Notes: generated by a model not told the origin, from the sequence alone. Positions 37,974 through 47,084 are shown, counted from the stretch's first letter. The stretch is DNA of 64,000 bases from an uncultured Patescibacteria group bacterium (GCA_938041505.1 CALITC010000005.1:1106-65105); one strand, 5' to 3'. Made by a program: numbers and translations.

Positions 37974-38264
37974 ATGACTGATCAACAAGATAAAAAAAGA
38001 TCCTATTTCTGGCCCTCATTCTGGTCTGGTATTGGATGGCAGATACTCATTAGTGTAGTATTGGAATTGATTCCGGCTATGGCAAACAGCGAGTATGTTG
38101 GGCTGATATCGCTTGTTATTTTAGCGCTAATCGGTAGGTACTTAAACAAAAAATATGGTGCAAAATTTAATGTCAAAGGCTTTGTTTTGTCGGTATTTGC
38201 TGGGCTAATTTTGAGTTTTATCATTGTAGGACTTTTCGCTGCTTTATTGCTAATTTTAATTTAA
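37974..38264 (+). CDS. Small membrane protein (96 aa)
   Basis: Three hydrophobic spans. No motif recognised. Confidence 0.5.
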   Translation: MTDQQDKKRSYFWPSFWSGIGWQILISVVLELIPAMANSEYVGLISLVILALIGRYLNKKYGAKFNVKGFVLSVFAGLILSFIIVGLFAALLLILI

Positions 38265-38277
38265 AATTATAGATATC

Positions 38278-39438
38278 TTAATTATCTGTAAGCCTCCTAA
38301 ACTCTTTCACAAAATTCTGAGAACTAAATGCGTCTGAGCTTTTACGAATTGTTGGTACATTGAATTTCATACTTTCGAATTCGGTAATTGCTTGGGCAAG
38401 GCTGCTACTTGTTTGCTCCTCAAAAAAAACGCCATTCACCCCAGATTGCACATACTCTAGTGCCCCACCGTCCTGGTAGGCGATAAGTGGTACACCACCA
38501 GCAAGCATTTCAATCGGTGCTATGCCAAAATCCTCCTTACCAGGGAATAAAAATGCTGTACATGTCGCCACCAGTTCCTCTACCTCTTCTTGAGAGGTAC
38601 GTCCTAAAAATTCAACCAACCCTTTAGCCTTCGGATGACCCTGCTCATAATCTGTCACGATTTGTTTGAGTTGATCTATCTCAGCCGGTAAAGCAGAAGC
38701 TCCAGATATTTTGAGTCTACGACCTAATTGCAAGCAAGCTTTGATCGCCAGGTCCAACCTCTTATGGAAACTCACTCTTCCGTGACAAAGATAAAAAGCC
38801 CGTTCGCCATAAGTCGTACGCCGGTGAATATTCTTGAATGTCGAAGTGTCTACAGGTGGGTATATTACTCTTGAGTCTATACCGTAGACCTCTTTGACAG
38901 TATCATGGATATTTTGAGAATTAGTCACCGTAATAGTGCTCTTATCTTCTAAGTATTTTATTGCTCTCAAGTCCAGCTTACGCAACCACCATTTGAAGAA
39001 AGGAATGACTATTCTATAGGTCATACTCAAGCTTTGATGGTCTGTTTCGGTAACCAGCCCATGTAAAAATCTTGTAGGGGAGTGGATATAATGCACAATC
39101 TTTTTGCAGTTCTGGATCTGCACATTTTTACCACAATATGTGGAAGAAATAATAACAAGATCAAAATCCTTGATAGTGACACGGCTCATTGCAAGAGGGT
39201 ATAACCAAAACAAATGCTTGAAGAATTTTGGAAATCGAGATATCAATCCCTGAGCCCAGGTGGTGTGGATACGTTTTTCAATTCCAGCTTTGTTGATCTC
39301 AGTCCAGTTCTCAAAGCGTTCGGGTGTGTACAAACTAGTGAATACATCTGCACGAGGGTACATAGATAACCATTTTTCTACCAACTTCTCTGCTCCACCG
39401 GCCTGGTGAAGATAATCATGTACTATAGCTACTCGCAT
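38278..39438 (-). CDS. GT4-family (glycosyl transferases group 1) glycosyltransferase
   Basis: RVAIVHDYLHQAGGAEKL N-terminus and the EDFGIAPIEMLAGGVPLIA (E-x7-E region) motif. Confidence 0.85.
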   Translation of the reverse strand: MRVAIVHDYLHQAGGAEKLVEKWLSMYPRADVFTSLYTPERFENWTEINKAGIEKRIHTTWAQGLISRFPKFFKHLFWLYPLAMSRVTIKDFDLVIISSTYCGKNVQIQNCKKIVHYIHSPTRFLHGLVTETDHQSLSMTYRIVIPFFKWWLRKLDLRAIKYLEDKSTITVTNSQNIHDTVKEVYGIDSRVIYPPVDTSTFKNIHRRTTYGERAFYLCHGRVSFHKRLDLAIKACLQLGRRLKISGASALPAEIDQLKQIVTDYEQGHPKAKGLVEFLGRTSQEEVEELVATCTAFLFPGKEDFGIAPIEMLAGGVPLIAYQDGGALEYVQSGVNGVFFEEQTSSSLAQAITEFESMKFNVPTIRKSSDAFSSQNFVKEFRRLTDN

Positions 39439-39642
39439 ATGGTTATAGTAATAGATGAGTATTCAACTTCTTGCAAGATGTGTGGAGAATTTTCTTCATA
39501 TGCTGCCACTTATAATCTCTACTTCTTTTCAATCTCAACTACACGTACGTTCCATTTTGCCTTGATGCAAAACCGAACCGAAAAAATCAAGACCTGTTGA
39601 AACGTATTTCTGCATTCTGCAGAATCATTCCACTGCGAGAAC

Positions 39643-39686
39643 GAATCCTGAAACTCGCTTCGCTTAAACAATCAGGATTCTTTTTG
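39643..39686 (+). terminator. Hairpin plus T-run inside the long intergenic region (orphan plus-strand terminator)
   Basis: GAATCCTGA / TCAGGATTC 9-bp stem with a 20-nt loop, then TTTTTGTT. No annotated plus-strand CDS ends here. Confidence 0.4.
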
Positions 39687-39891
39687 TTCTCTCCGTTCCA
39701 TTATTGTTTGCAAATAGTCGGTTTTATGGGTCAAAAAAGCGTCTAAAAACGAAAGGCTTTAGCAAGACAACAAACCTATTCTGGAGCAAATTTACTTTGC
39801 GGAAGAATAATCTTGTAAAGCAAAAGGGTGGGGTCCCCGGCCAGCTGTGCTGAAGAGGGGAAGACGAAGCGCCGACGTAATGGAGTGCAGC

Positions 39892-39912
39892 TTTTGCCAT
39901 ACTATGGCAAAA
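39892..39912. promoter_or_regulatory. Perfect 9-bp inverted repeat (operator- or stem-loop-like) upstream of the GT2 operon
   Basis: TTTTGCCAT-ACT-ATGGCAAAA, about 70 nt upstream of the ATG at 39981, embedded in a locally GC-rich stretch. Confidence 0.35.
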
Positions 39913-39980
39913 CGAAACGGAAGAAAGTCGAGCGGGAGGAGGTTGACAATTGTTCTTTTATCGCCCAAATAACATTACAA

Positions 39981-41039
39981 ATGTCCAAGCACCTAGTTAT
40001 CCAGATCAACTGTCTCAACGAAGCCGATCATATAAGCGAAGCTGTTCAAGCGCTCCCGACCAAAATAGAAGGGATTGATAAGATAACAGTACTTATTGTA
40101 GATGATGGAAGTTCCGATAACACTTCAGAAGTCGCAACCAAACTCGGCGCGAAGGTGGTGCGCCACAATGGGAACAGAGGACTTCCTGCTGCAGTCAATA
40201 CAGGTGTGGTATGGGCTATCGAAAACGGGGCAGATTTCCTTGTGAACACTGACGCTGATAATCAATATGAAGCTGATGATATTGAGCTATTACTAAGACC
40301 GCTTTTAGCGAAGACTGCCGACGTAGCGTATGGCCAAAGACCAATCAAAGATCATCCTGAGTTCTCTTCTTTCAAAAAATATTTACAACTCTTGGGTGCG
40401 AGAGTGATCTCATCTATTACCAAACTCAAGCTAGACGACGCCGCTAGTGGGTTCCGCGCTATCAACAAAGAAGCCATGCAAAGATATTATTTGCTTGCCA
40501 ACTATTCATCACCTCTCGAAGGTCTAATCCAAATGACAATGAAAGGCCTGAAGATTAAGGTTGTTGATGTGCGTATCAATCCGGCTGTGAGACCTAGTAG
40601 GTTATTCAAATCTAAGTTCAAGTATGTGTTCAAATCAATGACGATCATTCTGGACAACATCCTCGTCTACAGACCCCTCCAGACTTTTTTGACGCTCGGT
40701 GCAATCTTCGTCACCATCGGTGTTGCTGCCACTGGGTATCGACTCTATCTACTTAAGCTCGACTCTTCTCTACCAAGACTAACACTATTGATGGGTGCTA
40801 TCATGAATTATATCCTAGGTCTGCAACTCATCTTCTTCGGCCTCAACGGAAGACTCCAAAGAGCCAATAGGATGATCCTAGACGAGACATTATACAGGGT
40901 GAACAAAGATATTTCTCGCAAACAAACTATCATGCTAGGTCTGAGTACAGACAACTCCACCAAAGTTAATGTGAAGCCCAAAACCCGCAAGATTGTTCGC
41001 CGTACAACTAAGACTCCAAAAGCGAAGTCCAAAGTCTAG
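39981..41039 (+). CDS. GT2 glycosyltransferase, polyprenyl-phosphate sugar synthase-like (DPM1/GtrB-like) with C-terminal TM helices and basic tail
   Basis: LVIQINCLNEADHI...VLIVDDGSSDNT...NRGLPAAV...DADNQY, followed by two TM spans. ATG at 39981 is preferred to the GTG at 39828. Confidence 0.85.
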   Translation: MSKHLVIQINCLNEADHISEAVQALPTKIEGIDKITVLIVDDGSSDNTSEVATKLGAKVVRHNGNRGLPAAVNTGVVWAIENGADFLVNTDADNQYEADDIELLLRPLLAKTADVAYGQRPIKDHPEFSSFKKYLQLLGARVISSITKLKLDDAASGFRAINKEAMQRYYLLANYSSPLEGLIQMTMKGLKIKVVDVRINPAVRPSRLFKSKFKYVFKSMTIILDNILVYRPLQTFLTLGAIFVTIGVAATGYRLYLLKLDSSLPRLTLLMGAIMNYILGLQLIFFGLNGRLQRANRMILDETLYRVNKDISRKQTIMLGLSTDNSTKVNVKPKTRKIVRRTTKTPKAKSKV

Positions 41040-41122
41040 ACAAATAACCCATACTCAAGGTAGAAATAATTTCCTCGACAGATTTCAAAAATCTCAGTAG
41101 TGTATATAAGTAAGAACTTGAT

Positions 41123-41845
41123 ATGGAAAAAGATTTTGGATATGACGCAGTGAGCGGCAAGTATTTGGAGGCAACCCGAGTAGCAGAGAATTACCATCAT
41201 TGGATTCTTAGCGATCTCCAGCAATATCTTGGCAATAACGTACTAGAAGTTGGTGCTGGTGTGGGTCTAGTTACACAGATGCTACATGAGTATGTAGAAG
41301 GGAATCTCTACTCGCTAGAACCCTCTGCAGAGATGTTCCCTGAGTTCGACCAATCTACGAATAATATAGATAAACTCAAAGCTAAGTTCCAAGGGACTAT
41401 CCAAGACAATGCCGAGGATCTTAAGAGGCTTGATCTAACAAGTGCAGTATACATCAATGTCCTAGAGCATATCGAGCAAGACGTTGATGAAATGGCCGAT
41501 CTCCATAAGCTGCTAGTTCCAGGAGGTCATCTATGTACCTTCTCACCAGCACTTCCAATCCTCTATTCTGAGCGGGACAAACGAGTAGGGCATTTCCGAA
41601 GATATACCAAGAAGGAAATGGTTGACAAAATGCAAAAAGCAGGCTTTGAAGTAGTAGAAGCACACTACTTTGATTTCATAGGTAGTTTCCTCTGGTGGGC
41701 CAAATTCGTAGCATTAAGGTCAGACAAAGTCTCCAAAGGGCAAGTCAGCCTCTTCGACAACGTTATAGTTCCACTTCAGCGAAGAAGAGAACCAAAATGG
41801 ATCCCATTCGGCAAGAACGTAGTAGTAATTGGTAAGAAGGTATAA
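41123..41845 (+). CDS. Class I SAM-dependent methyltransferase
   Basis: Motif I VLEVGAGVGLVTQML, motif post-I YSLEPS, and LVPGGHL. Confidence 0.8.
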   Translation: MEKDFGYDAVSGKYLEATRVAENYHHWILSDLQQYLGNNVLEVGAGVGLVTQMLHEYVEGNLYSLEPSAEMFPEFDQSTNNIDKLKAKFQGTIQDNAEDLKRLDLTSAVYINVLEHIEQDVDEMADLHKLLVPGGHLCTFSPALPILYSERDKRVGHFRRYTKKEMVDKMQKAGFEVVEAHYFDFIGSFLWWAKFVALRSDKVSKGQVSLFDNVIVPLQRRREPKWIPFGKNVVVIGKKV

Positions 41846-41858
41846 CAACCAATATAAT

Positions 41859-42245
41859 ATGCAAGCCATCAAATCTAACGCAGCACCTCTTGCGAAATTC
41901 CTCCTCGGTGGAGGTGTAAATTATTTTTTAAATATTTTTCTAACTGCATTCCTGACTGAGACTCTAGGGTTAAATTATATTATCTCTTTCTCAGTGACGC
42001 AATCTATCCTCATAGTCTACGGATATATCTACAATTCACGTGTGGTATATCGGACTAAACATAGTAATAATAAAATGTTCCGATTCGTGTCATTAATGAT
42101 ATTATTCGCAATTTTAAATATCTTTGTGGTGAGAAATATAGTAGAAATATTCGAGCTCAGCTATGTGTATACAATAGCTTTTATCATACCAATAACCACG
42201 CTTATAAAATACTTTGTATACAAAAAAATAGCTTTCCAGGTGTAA
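41859..42245 (+). CDS. GtrA-family membrane protein
   Basis: FLLGGGVNYFLNIFLTAFLTE..LNY..SFSVTQSILIVYGYIYNSRVVYR, four TM spans. ATG at 41859. Confidence 0.8.
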   Translation: MQAIKSNAAPLAKFLLGGGVNYFLNIFLTAFLTETLGLNYIISFSVTQSILIVYGYIYNSRVVYRTKHSNNKMFRFVSLMILFAILNIFVVRNIVEIFELSYVYTIAFIIPITTLIKYFVYKKIAFQV

Positions 42246-42350
42246 ATAATGTGTAAAAAATACTTAACAAAATAAAAAAAGTAGGTTATTTATAGTTAAG
42301 TCAATTAACTGACTATAAAAAAACTTACTAAATTTTTGAGGTAATAGAAA

Positions 42351-43760
42351 ATGGTAGACACTAATCCATACACTTTTCATGAATCTGTGGAAATTTCTAG
42401 ATCTGGTACATCTCATTCGGCATACGATCATGCAGGTGTACATATTGGTCAATATTATGCTACAGATTATGCAAGTGCTTCTTCTGATAGAATTGATATT
42501 TTATCAACCCGCGCCGGAACGGTTTTATTTGCGGGTTGGGATACATCTGGATATGGAAACCTTGTAATCATCCAATATGATAACGGCGAGTATGGTTATT
42601 ATGCGCATATGCGTGACAACACTCTTAATGTCTCTGTTGGCGAAGAAATAGGGCAAGGTCACATTCTAGGGGATATGGGTAACACTGGTTTCTCCACTGG
42701 CCGCCATCTCCACTACGAACGTCGGATACAAAGATTTGGACAAACTACGTCAAACACTTATATTCCAAATTTTGTTGGATTTTTTGAACCAGGATCGACA
42801 ACAGAACCAGAGCCTGAAATTCCTTTTGCTAAACATGATTTTAACGGTGATGGTATTTCTGATGTTGTTGTCCATAATAACACAACTCAAGCAGGAGAGA
42901 TATCTATCTGGTTCATGAATGAGAATGGCGATCTTGGATCTACTAAGCGAACTCTCCCTCTAGGATGGAGTCCAGACTGGAAAATCCTTTCTGCCGATGT
43001 TGATGTAGATGGTGATAAAAAAGGAGATATCTATCTCTACAATACTGTAACCAACGAAACTACTTTCTGGCTTGATAACGATTTGGCAGGCTTGAATTCT
43101 GTTCGTGGAGTTACAATGCCAGATGGTCATCAATATCAATTTGGAATTGTAGCGGATATCAACGGTGATAGTCGTGATGAAATTGGTTGGTACCGTGAGT
43201 CTGATAATCGTCTAGTATTTCATTGCTACGATGAGAACGCTCAGTATACTGGGTATTCAGCAGTCGATTCGCCTGATTCAGGTTACAGCTTGTTTGAAGC
43301 TGGTGACTTTAATAACGACGGAATTGAAGATCTATTAATGTATAATGCTACAACTGGCGGCCTATACACTGATTTCTACGACTCCAATGGTCAAGTAAGT
43401 TCTACTTTGACTCATGCAACTGTCTCACCTTCATCTGGTTGGAGACCTGCAGCTGTTATCGACGCTAATAATGATGGTCATGACGATCTGTTCTTTATGA
43501 GAGATCGTGGTGATATTACTCAATGGCAAGGTAACGAAGACGGATCTTTAAGTTCAGTTAGTTACACAAACCTACCGTTTAATCTTGGTTGGGAATTAGG
43601 TTCCTCAGGAGACTTCAACGGCGATGGCTTTGAAGAGTTAAGTTTTTACCGTCCCAGCGATGGTCGTCATACCATTTTATTGAACGGTGCTGACGGCCAG
43701 TTCGCAGGCGATGCAAGCTTCATTGCAAATCAAGTACCTGATTGGGATATTATTGCTTAA
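42351..43760 (+). CDS. M23 (LytM-type) metallopeptidase fused to FG-GAP/VCBS-like repeat beta-propeller
   Basis: HSAYDHAG...D..., GYGNLVIIQYDNGEYGYYAHM, GNTGFSTGRHLHYE. Then six D.[ND].DG..[DE] blades (FNGDGISDV, VDGDKKGDI, INGDSRDEI, FNNDGIEDL, ANNDGHDDL, FNGDGFEEL). Confidence 0.8.
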   Translation: MVDTNPYTFHESVEISRSGTSHSAYDHAGVHIGQYYATDYASASSDRIDILSTRAGTVLFAGWDTSGYGNLVIIQYDNGEYGYYAHMRDNTLNVSVGEEIGQGHILGDMGNTGFSTGRHLHYERRIQRFGQTTSNTYIPNFVGFFEPGSTTEPEPEIPFAKHDFNGDGISDVVVHNNTTQAGEISIWFMNENGDLGSTKRTLPLGWSPDWKILSADVDVDGDKKGDIYLYNTVTNETTFWLDNDLAGLNSVRGVTMPDGHQYQFGIVADINGDSRDEIGWYRESDNRLVFHCYDENAQYTGYSAVDSPDSGYSLFEAGDFNNDGIEDLLMYNATTGGLYTDFYDSNGQVSSTLTHATVSPSSGWRPAAVIDANNDGHDDLFFMRDRGDITQWQGNEDGSLSSVSYTNLPFNLGWELGSSGDFNGDGFEELSFYRPSDGRHTILLNGADGQFAGDASFIANQVPDWDIIA

Positions 43761-43800
43761 AATAGGAGTTATTCATAACTCTAGCTCTAAATTTTAAATC

Positions 43801-44737
43801 TAATAAACCCCAATCACGAAACAACATACGCAAATATCTTCCGAATGTAATGCGCTAGATATCCATTGATTGATCTAGGTAAACTAGTTACTAATCCATA
43901 CCGTTCTTTCAGCTCTCCAAAGACTGTTTCGACTCGACTACGTTTGTTCATCATTTTTTGTTGCCAGTGGGTGGCTAATGTCTTCATATTCTTGCGCACT
44001 GTAGTGAGTATATGATTCTGATTTATCCACGCTGCTTGAATTAGTTCTTGTCCTAGATACCCAGCGTCTCCTACCACAAGACACTTCTTCATCTCTTTTA
44101 AAAATTCTTTGAGTGGTGTCCGATCATTAACACTCCCAGTAGTGAATCGAAAACTAAGCAGCTCTCCTTGTTTGTTGCAAATGATGTGGAGCTTCATTCC
44201 GTAGAACCATCCCAAACTACTTACTCCACGACTAGAAATACTCTTGGCGGTTCTATGTTTAGTCCACCGATAGATCTTACACACTGGTAAACTAGTAGAG
44301 TCCACAAAACACACCACATCTTCTTTACTAACTAGCTGCAGGAGAGTGTGAATACTCTGCAGCAAGTACGGAGCGTACTTGTTCATTAGATTCACGAAGT
44401 TTGCATACTCAGGGAGTGTGAAGTCACTGCCATACTTCTCTTTCAAAAGTAAATGCAAGGCTTTAAGGGTCTTAATCTCGTACTTACATTGCAAGACCAC
44501 GATTGTCCCAATCTCACTTAAAGATAAAGAGGGCTTTCTCCCAACTCTTTTAGGGGAGAACAATGCTAAGTAGTCATCTAAAATACAGTAAAGAGTGACA
44601 AGATCTAAATTTTGAAGTGAAGTAGGAGTGTTTGCTAAAGAGATAGTTGAAGTCATACAACTCCACTGTCCCTCATTTCAAACAACAATTACAACCCCTA
44701 ACGGGGTTGTGTTGTATTTCATGATTCGGGTTGAATA
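43801..44737 (-). mobile_element. IS982-family insertion sequence (approximate ends)
   Basis: Single DDE transposase ORF flanked by imperfect inverted repeats: AACCCCAATCACGAAACAACA (from 43806) versus the reverse complement of ...TGTTGTATTTCATGATTCGGGTT (to 44732). No clear target duplication seen. Confidence 0.6.
43814..44656 (-). CDS. IS982-family DDE transposase
   Basis: FVDSTSLPVCKIYR...GVSSLGWFYGMKLHIICNKQGELLSFRFTTGSVNDR...VGDAGYLG...RSRVETVFGELK are the blocks characteristic of IS982 transposases. Confidence 0.85.
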   Translation of the reverse strand: MTSTISLANTPTSLQNLDLVTLYCILDDYLALFSPKRVGRKPSLSLSEIGTIVVLQCKYEIKTLKALHLLLKEKYGSDFTLPEYANFVNLMNKYAPYLLQSIHTLLQLVSKEDVVCFVDSTSLPVCKIYRWTKHRTAKSISSRGVSSLGWFYGMKLHIICNKQGELLSFRFTTGSVNDRTPLKEFLKEMKKCLVVGDAGYLGQELIQAAWINQNHILTTVRKNMKTLATHWQQKMMNKRSRVETVFGELKERYGLVTSLPRSINGYLAHYIRKIFAYVVS

Positions 44738-44799
44738 ATTAGATAATATTAAATCAATTTGTACTAACTGTCAAATATGCTAAACATGTCTCTATGAAT

Positions 44800-45585
44800 T
44801 TAGGCACTATGGAGTGCTACTTCATAAGTAATTCCACAGCACCATACCTTCCCTTGTTGTACCAGAATTGGGTTATCATTGATACCATTTGTGTCTCTTG
44901 TGAACTGCTCTAGACAAATAAAATCAGAGTCATCTTTAGCTGGGGTTTGGGACCATAGTACTAGCTTATACAGGTCTGGATTGTTACACGATATTGTTAA
45001 ATCAAAATTTTCTAAGGATACTTGCGTGTTTTTGAATTCATAGAAGTTACCATCCATTTCTTGCTCCCAGTTAATTGCACTAATATCCAGAACTTCTTCA
45101 TCTTGCACTATCTTAAGGTCTGGTTTGAGTTTATGAGATAATGGAAAATACGGATGAATCCCTGGAGCAATTGGCAAATCTACATCTCCAATATTCTCAA
45201 TCTCCAAGATATAAGCCAAAGTTGAGCTCGACTTAGCATCAGATATATCTATCTTAATTGTAGCCTCAAACTGAAAAGGGTATTTATGTTGCAGATCCTC
45301 AGTTAGCGCTGAACTAGCAAGCTTCATTATGGCTTTCTTATCGTTTATTTGCTCGAACTCCCAGGCCACATCTCTACCAAAACCGTGCTGAGGCATTTGC
45401 TCGCCAGAATATTTGAGGGTGTTGTTCCGAAGAGGATTGGCAAAAGGAAATAAGATTGGTATCCCTGAGCGGCGCACACTTGATCCTTGATAGAGGAAGT
45501 TAACTCCATTTTTACTCCAGTTTACTACCTGCCCGCTACTTGGATCGATGGAGACTGTTGAGTTGTGGTTCTTAATTGTAGGCAT
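44800..45585 (-). CDS. Aldose 1-epimerase-family protein (hexose-6-phosphate mutarotase-like)
   Basis: GIPILFPFANPL, QHGFGRDVAWEF, and PGIHPYF are the characteristic YeaD/aldose-epimerase blocks. Confidence 0.75.
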   Translation of the reverse strand: MPTIKNHNSTVSIDPSSGQVVNWSKNGVNFLYQGSSVRRSGIPILFPFANPLRNNTLKYSGEQMPQHGFGRDVAWEFEQINDKKAIMKLASSALTEDLQHKYPFQFEATIKIDISDAKSSSTLAYILEIENIGDVDLPIAPGIHPYFPLSHKLKPDLKIVQDEEVLDISAINWEQEMDGNFYEFKNTQVSLENFDLTISCNNPDLYKLVLWSQTPAKDDSDFICLEQFTRDTNGINDNPILVQQGKVWCCGITYEVALHSA

Positions 45586-45662
45586 GTGATTGTTTTATAT
45601 TTTAGGTGAATAATACTATATAATCAAGAAAATTATCGACAGCTTTATCAAATTATGCTATT

Positions 45663-46232
45663 GTGCTCAAGCAGATCAACGCACTGATAACATTCATGCA
45701 GACAGCAACTCAGTTCGATAAACTCAGCAGTCTTACCGGGATAATTCTAGCCTCTCAGTTTCAAATTTCTTATCGATTAAAATACATACCAAATTTTAGG
45801 GACATCGCTATTTTTATTACAATCAATGTAATTACGACCCTGATCTCGCATTTAATAATTGATGCAAATTTGTTGATTATTTTCACTTTCGGTATTGTAA
45901 TTTCATACTTCTTACTACGACTTTTGTCCAAGATATTCTTGGACTTACTCAAAGATGACTATCATGGATATATTGTTGAATATGTTAATCTTTTAGATAA
46001 TTGGAAATTCAAGAACAAAAAGGATCTTTGCGTAGTTGGCGCAAGTAACCAGATGATTTTACAGTCACTGTACCGGCTCCAAGACTCGGATGACTATAAC
46101 TTTCACTTGCCAATTGTGGAAATGGCGGTAATACGCACCTATCGCAAACTTGATTGCTTGGATTATAAGAGGAGTATTTTAAATGGAGAATTCTACCCAA
46201 TTCCATTTATACCTGATCGACTTTTGGAGTAA
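45663..46232 (+). CDS. Hypothetical membrane protein (start uncertain)
   Basis: ORF with two hydrophobic spans. GTG start in the track, with an alternative ATG at 45696. Confidence 0.45.
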   Translation: MLKQINALITFMQTATQFDKLSSLTGIILASQFQISYRLKYIPNFRDIAIFITINVITTLISHLIIDANLLIIFTFGIVISYFLLRLLSKIFLDLLKDDYHGYIVEYVNLLDNWKFKNKKDLCVVGASNQMILQSLYRLQDSDDYNFHLPIVEMAVIRTYRKLDCLDYKRSILNGEFYPIPFIPDRLLE

Positions 46233-46241
46233 ACACCAGTC

Positions 46242-46283
46242 TTTTTAGCTAGATAATATTCTGGCTATTTTTTTGAGGTCTCC
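46242..46283. repeat. 42-nt repeat copy 1 (relic of the 3' end of a 54176-type gene)
   Basis: TTTTTAGCTAGATAATATTCTGGCTATTTTTTTGAGGTCTCC matches 54169-54210 with 4 mismatches. Its minus strand reads RPQKNSQNII-stop, against NPQKNSQNII-stop for the intact gene. Confidence 0.75.
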
Positions 46284-46382
46284 GAATTATTATTCTTATA
46301 AATTTTTATGTATTATTACTTGACATATTATATTATATATACTATATATAGAGTACTGTTTAGTGGAAATATTATAAAATTC

Positions 46383-47084
46383 ATGAAATTATTACAAAAG
46401 GTTTTTGGGGTCAACGGAACTAATTTTGTGCTAGATAACTTGTGGAATGTAAAGGGTTGTCTCTTAGCTTTTCATAAGCCTTGCAAAGGATTTTTTTACC
46501 TTTTTGATACGCCACAACTAAGACACCTGTCTCAATGGACTGATCAAGATACTCAGATTTTTAAAGATGCGTTTACACTTCTAATTAATAACTTACACTC
46601 ATGTAGTTTTCTTGATAAGCTGGCACAGTACGATGTTGACTATAGTCTGCCTCCTGACTTGGAAGGTATGCCTCTTAGTGAGCCAGTTCTCTTGACGCAA
46701 TCCCTTCGTGAAAAAATAACGGGACAAGCGATCGTTCTCAATCTGGTAAAAATCAGATCTCCACAATTATTTGGAGCTCTTAACATCGTGTTTGATTTAG
46801 GTAGTGAGTGTAATTACCCCGCCAGTTTAGGAGTAAATAATACATGTATTGACGATCTCAATGACAAGTTCCAAGACTTAGATTTGGATGAGTTACAAAC
46901 TTACGAATGCTTAATCACGGTTTTAGCGAGCGCAATGTTGCGAGAGATCCTCACAGCCTTTAGCTTGAATGTCGAAGATAAGGATGGCAAGCCTATTTTC
47001 TACGAAGCTTGTGTACAGGCCCTGCTAGACAAAGAGTACTTAGACACAAATCAACAAAAAAGGCTATTAGAGCTAATTTGCTGA
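46383..47084 (+). CDS. Hypothetical protein
   Basis: ORF with ATG at 46383 preferred (MKLLQKVFG...). No motif recognised. Confidence 0.5.
   Translation: MKLLQKVFGVNGTNFVLDNLWNVKGCLLAFHKPCKGFFYLFDTPQLRHLSQWTDQDTQIFKDAFTLLINNLHSCSFLDKLAQYDVDYSLPPDLEGMPLSEPVLLTQSLREKITGQAIVLNLVKIRSPQLFGALNIVFDLGSECNYPASLGVNNTCIDDLNDKFQDLDLDELQTYECLITVLASAMLREILTAFSLNVEDKDGKPIFYEACVQALLDKEYLDTNQQKRLLELIC

Noticed and set aside
39830-39900. Possible SRP RNA or c-di-GMP riboswitch (GGGGAAGACGAAGCGCC looks vaguely like GGAA-tetraloop or GACGCAAAGCC elements).
   Set aside because: The bases flanking the GGAA cannot pair as in SRP helix 8, and the GEMM-I conserved blocks do not align without several mismatches. Kept only as an unexplained structured region.
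39918-39935. CGGAAGAAAGTCGAGCGG resembles the RNase P RNA CR-I element (GAGGAAAGUCCGGGC).
   Set aside because: The match is imperfect. A plus-strand RNase P RNA starting here would have to run about 300 nt into the well-supported GT2 CDS, and I could find no CR-IV/CR-V-like ACAGAA..CGGCUUA partner on either strand. It needs a covariance-model scan before any call.
39828-39980. The ORF track extends the GT2 gene 51 codons upstream from a GTG (MGSPASCAEEGKTKRRRNGVQLLPYYGKTKRKK...).
   Set aside because: The extension is Arg/Lys-rich with no GT2 homology. The canonical GT2 N-terminus (MSKHLVIQINCLNE...) starts at the ATG at 39981. The extension covers the GC-rich, palindrome-containing block, which looks non-coding.
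44739-46260. Shared 11-mer TAGATAATATT next to the IS982 right end and inside the 42-nt relic. This could be an IS-related boundary.
   Set aside because: An 11-mer match in AT-rich DNA is expected many times by chance in a 64-kb window, and no flanking similarity is present.
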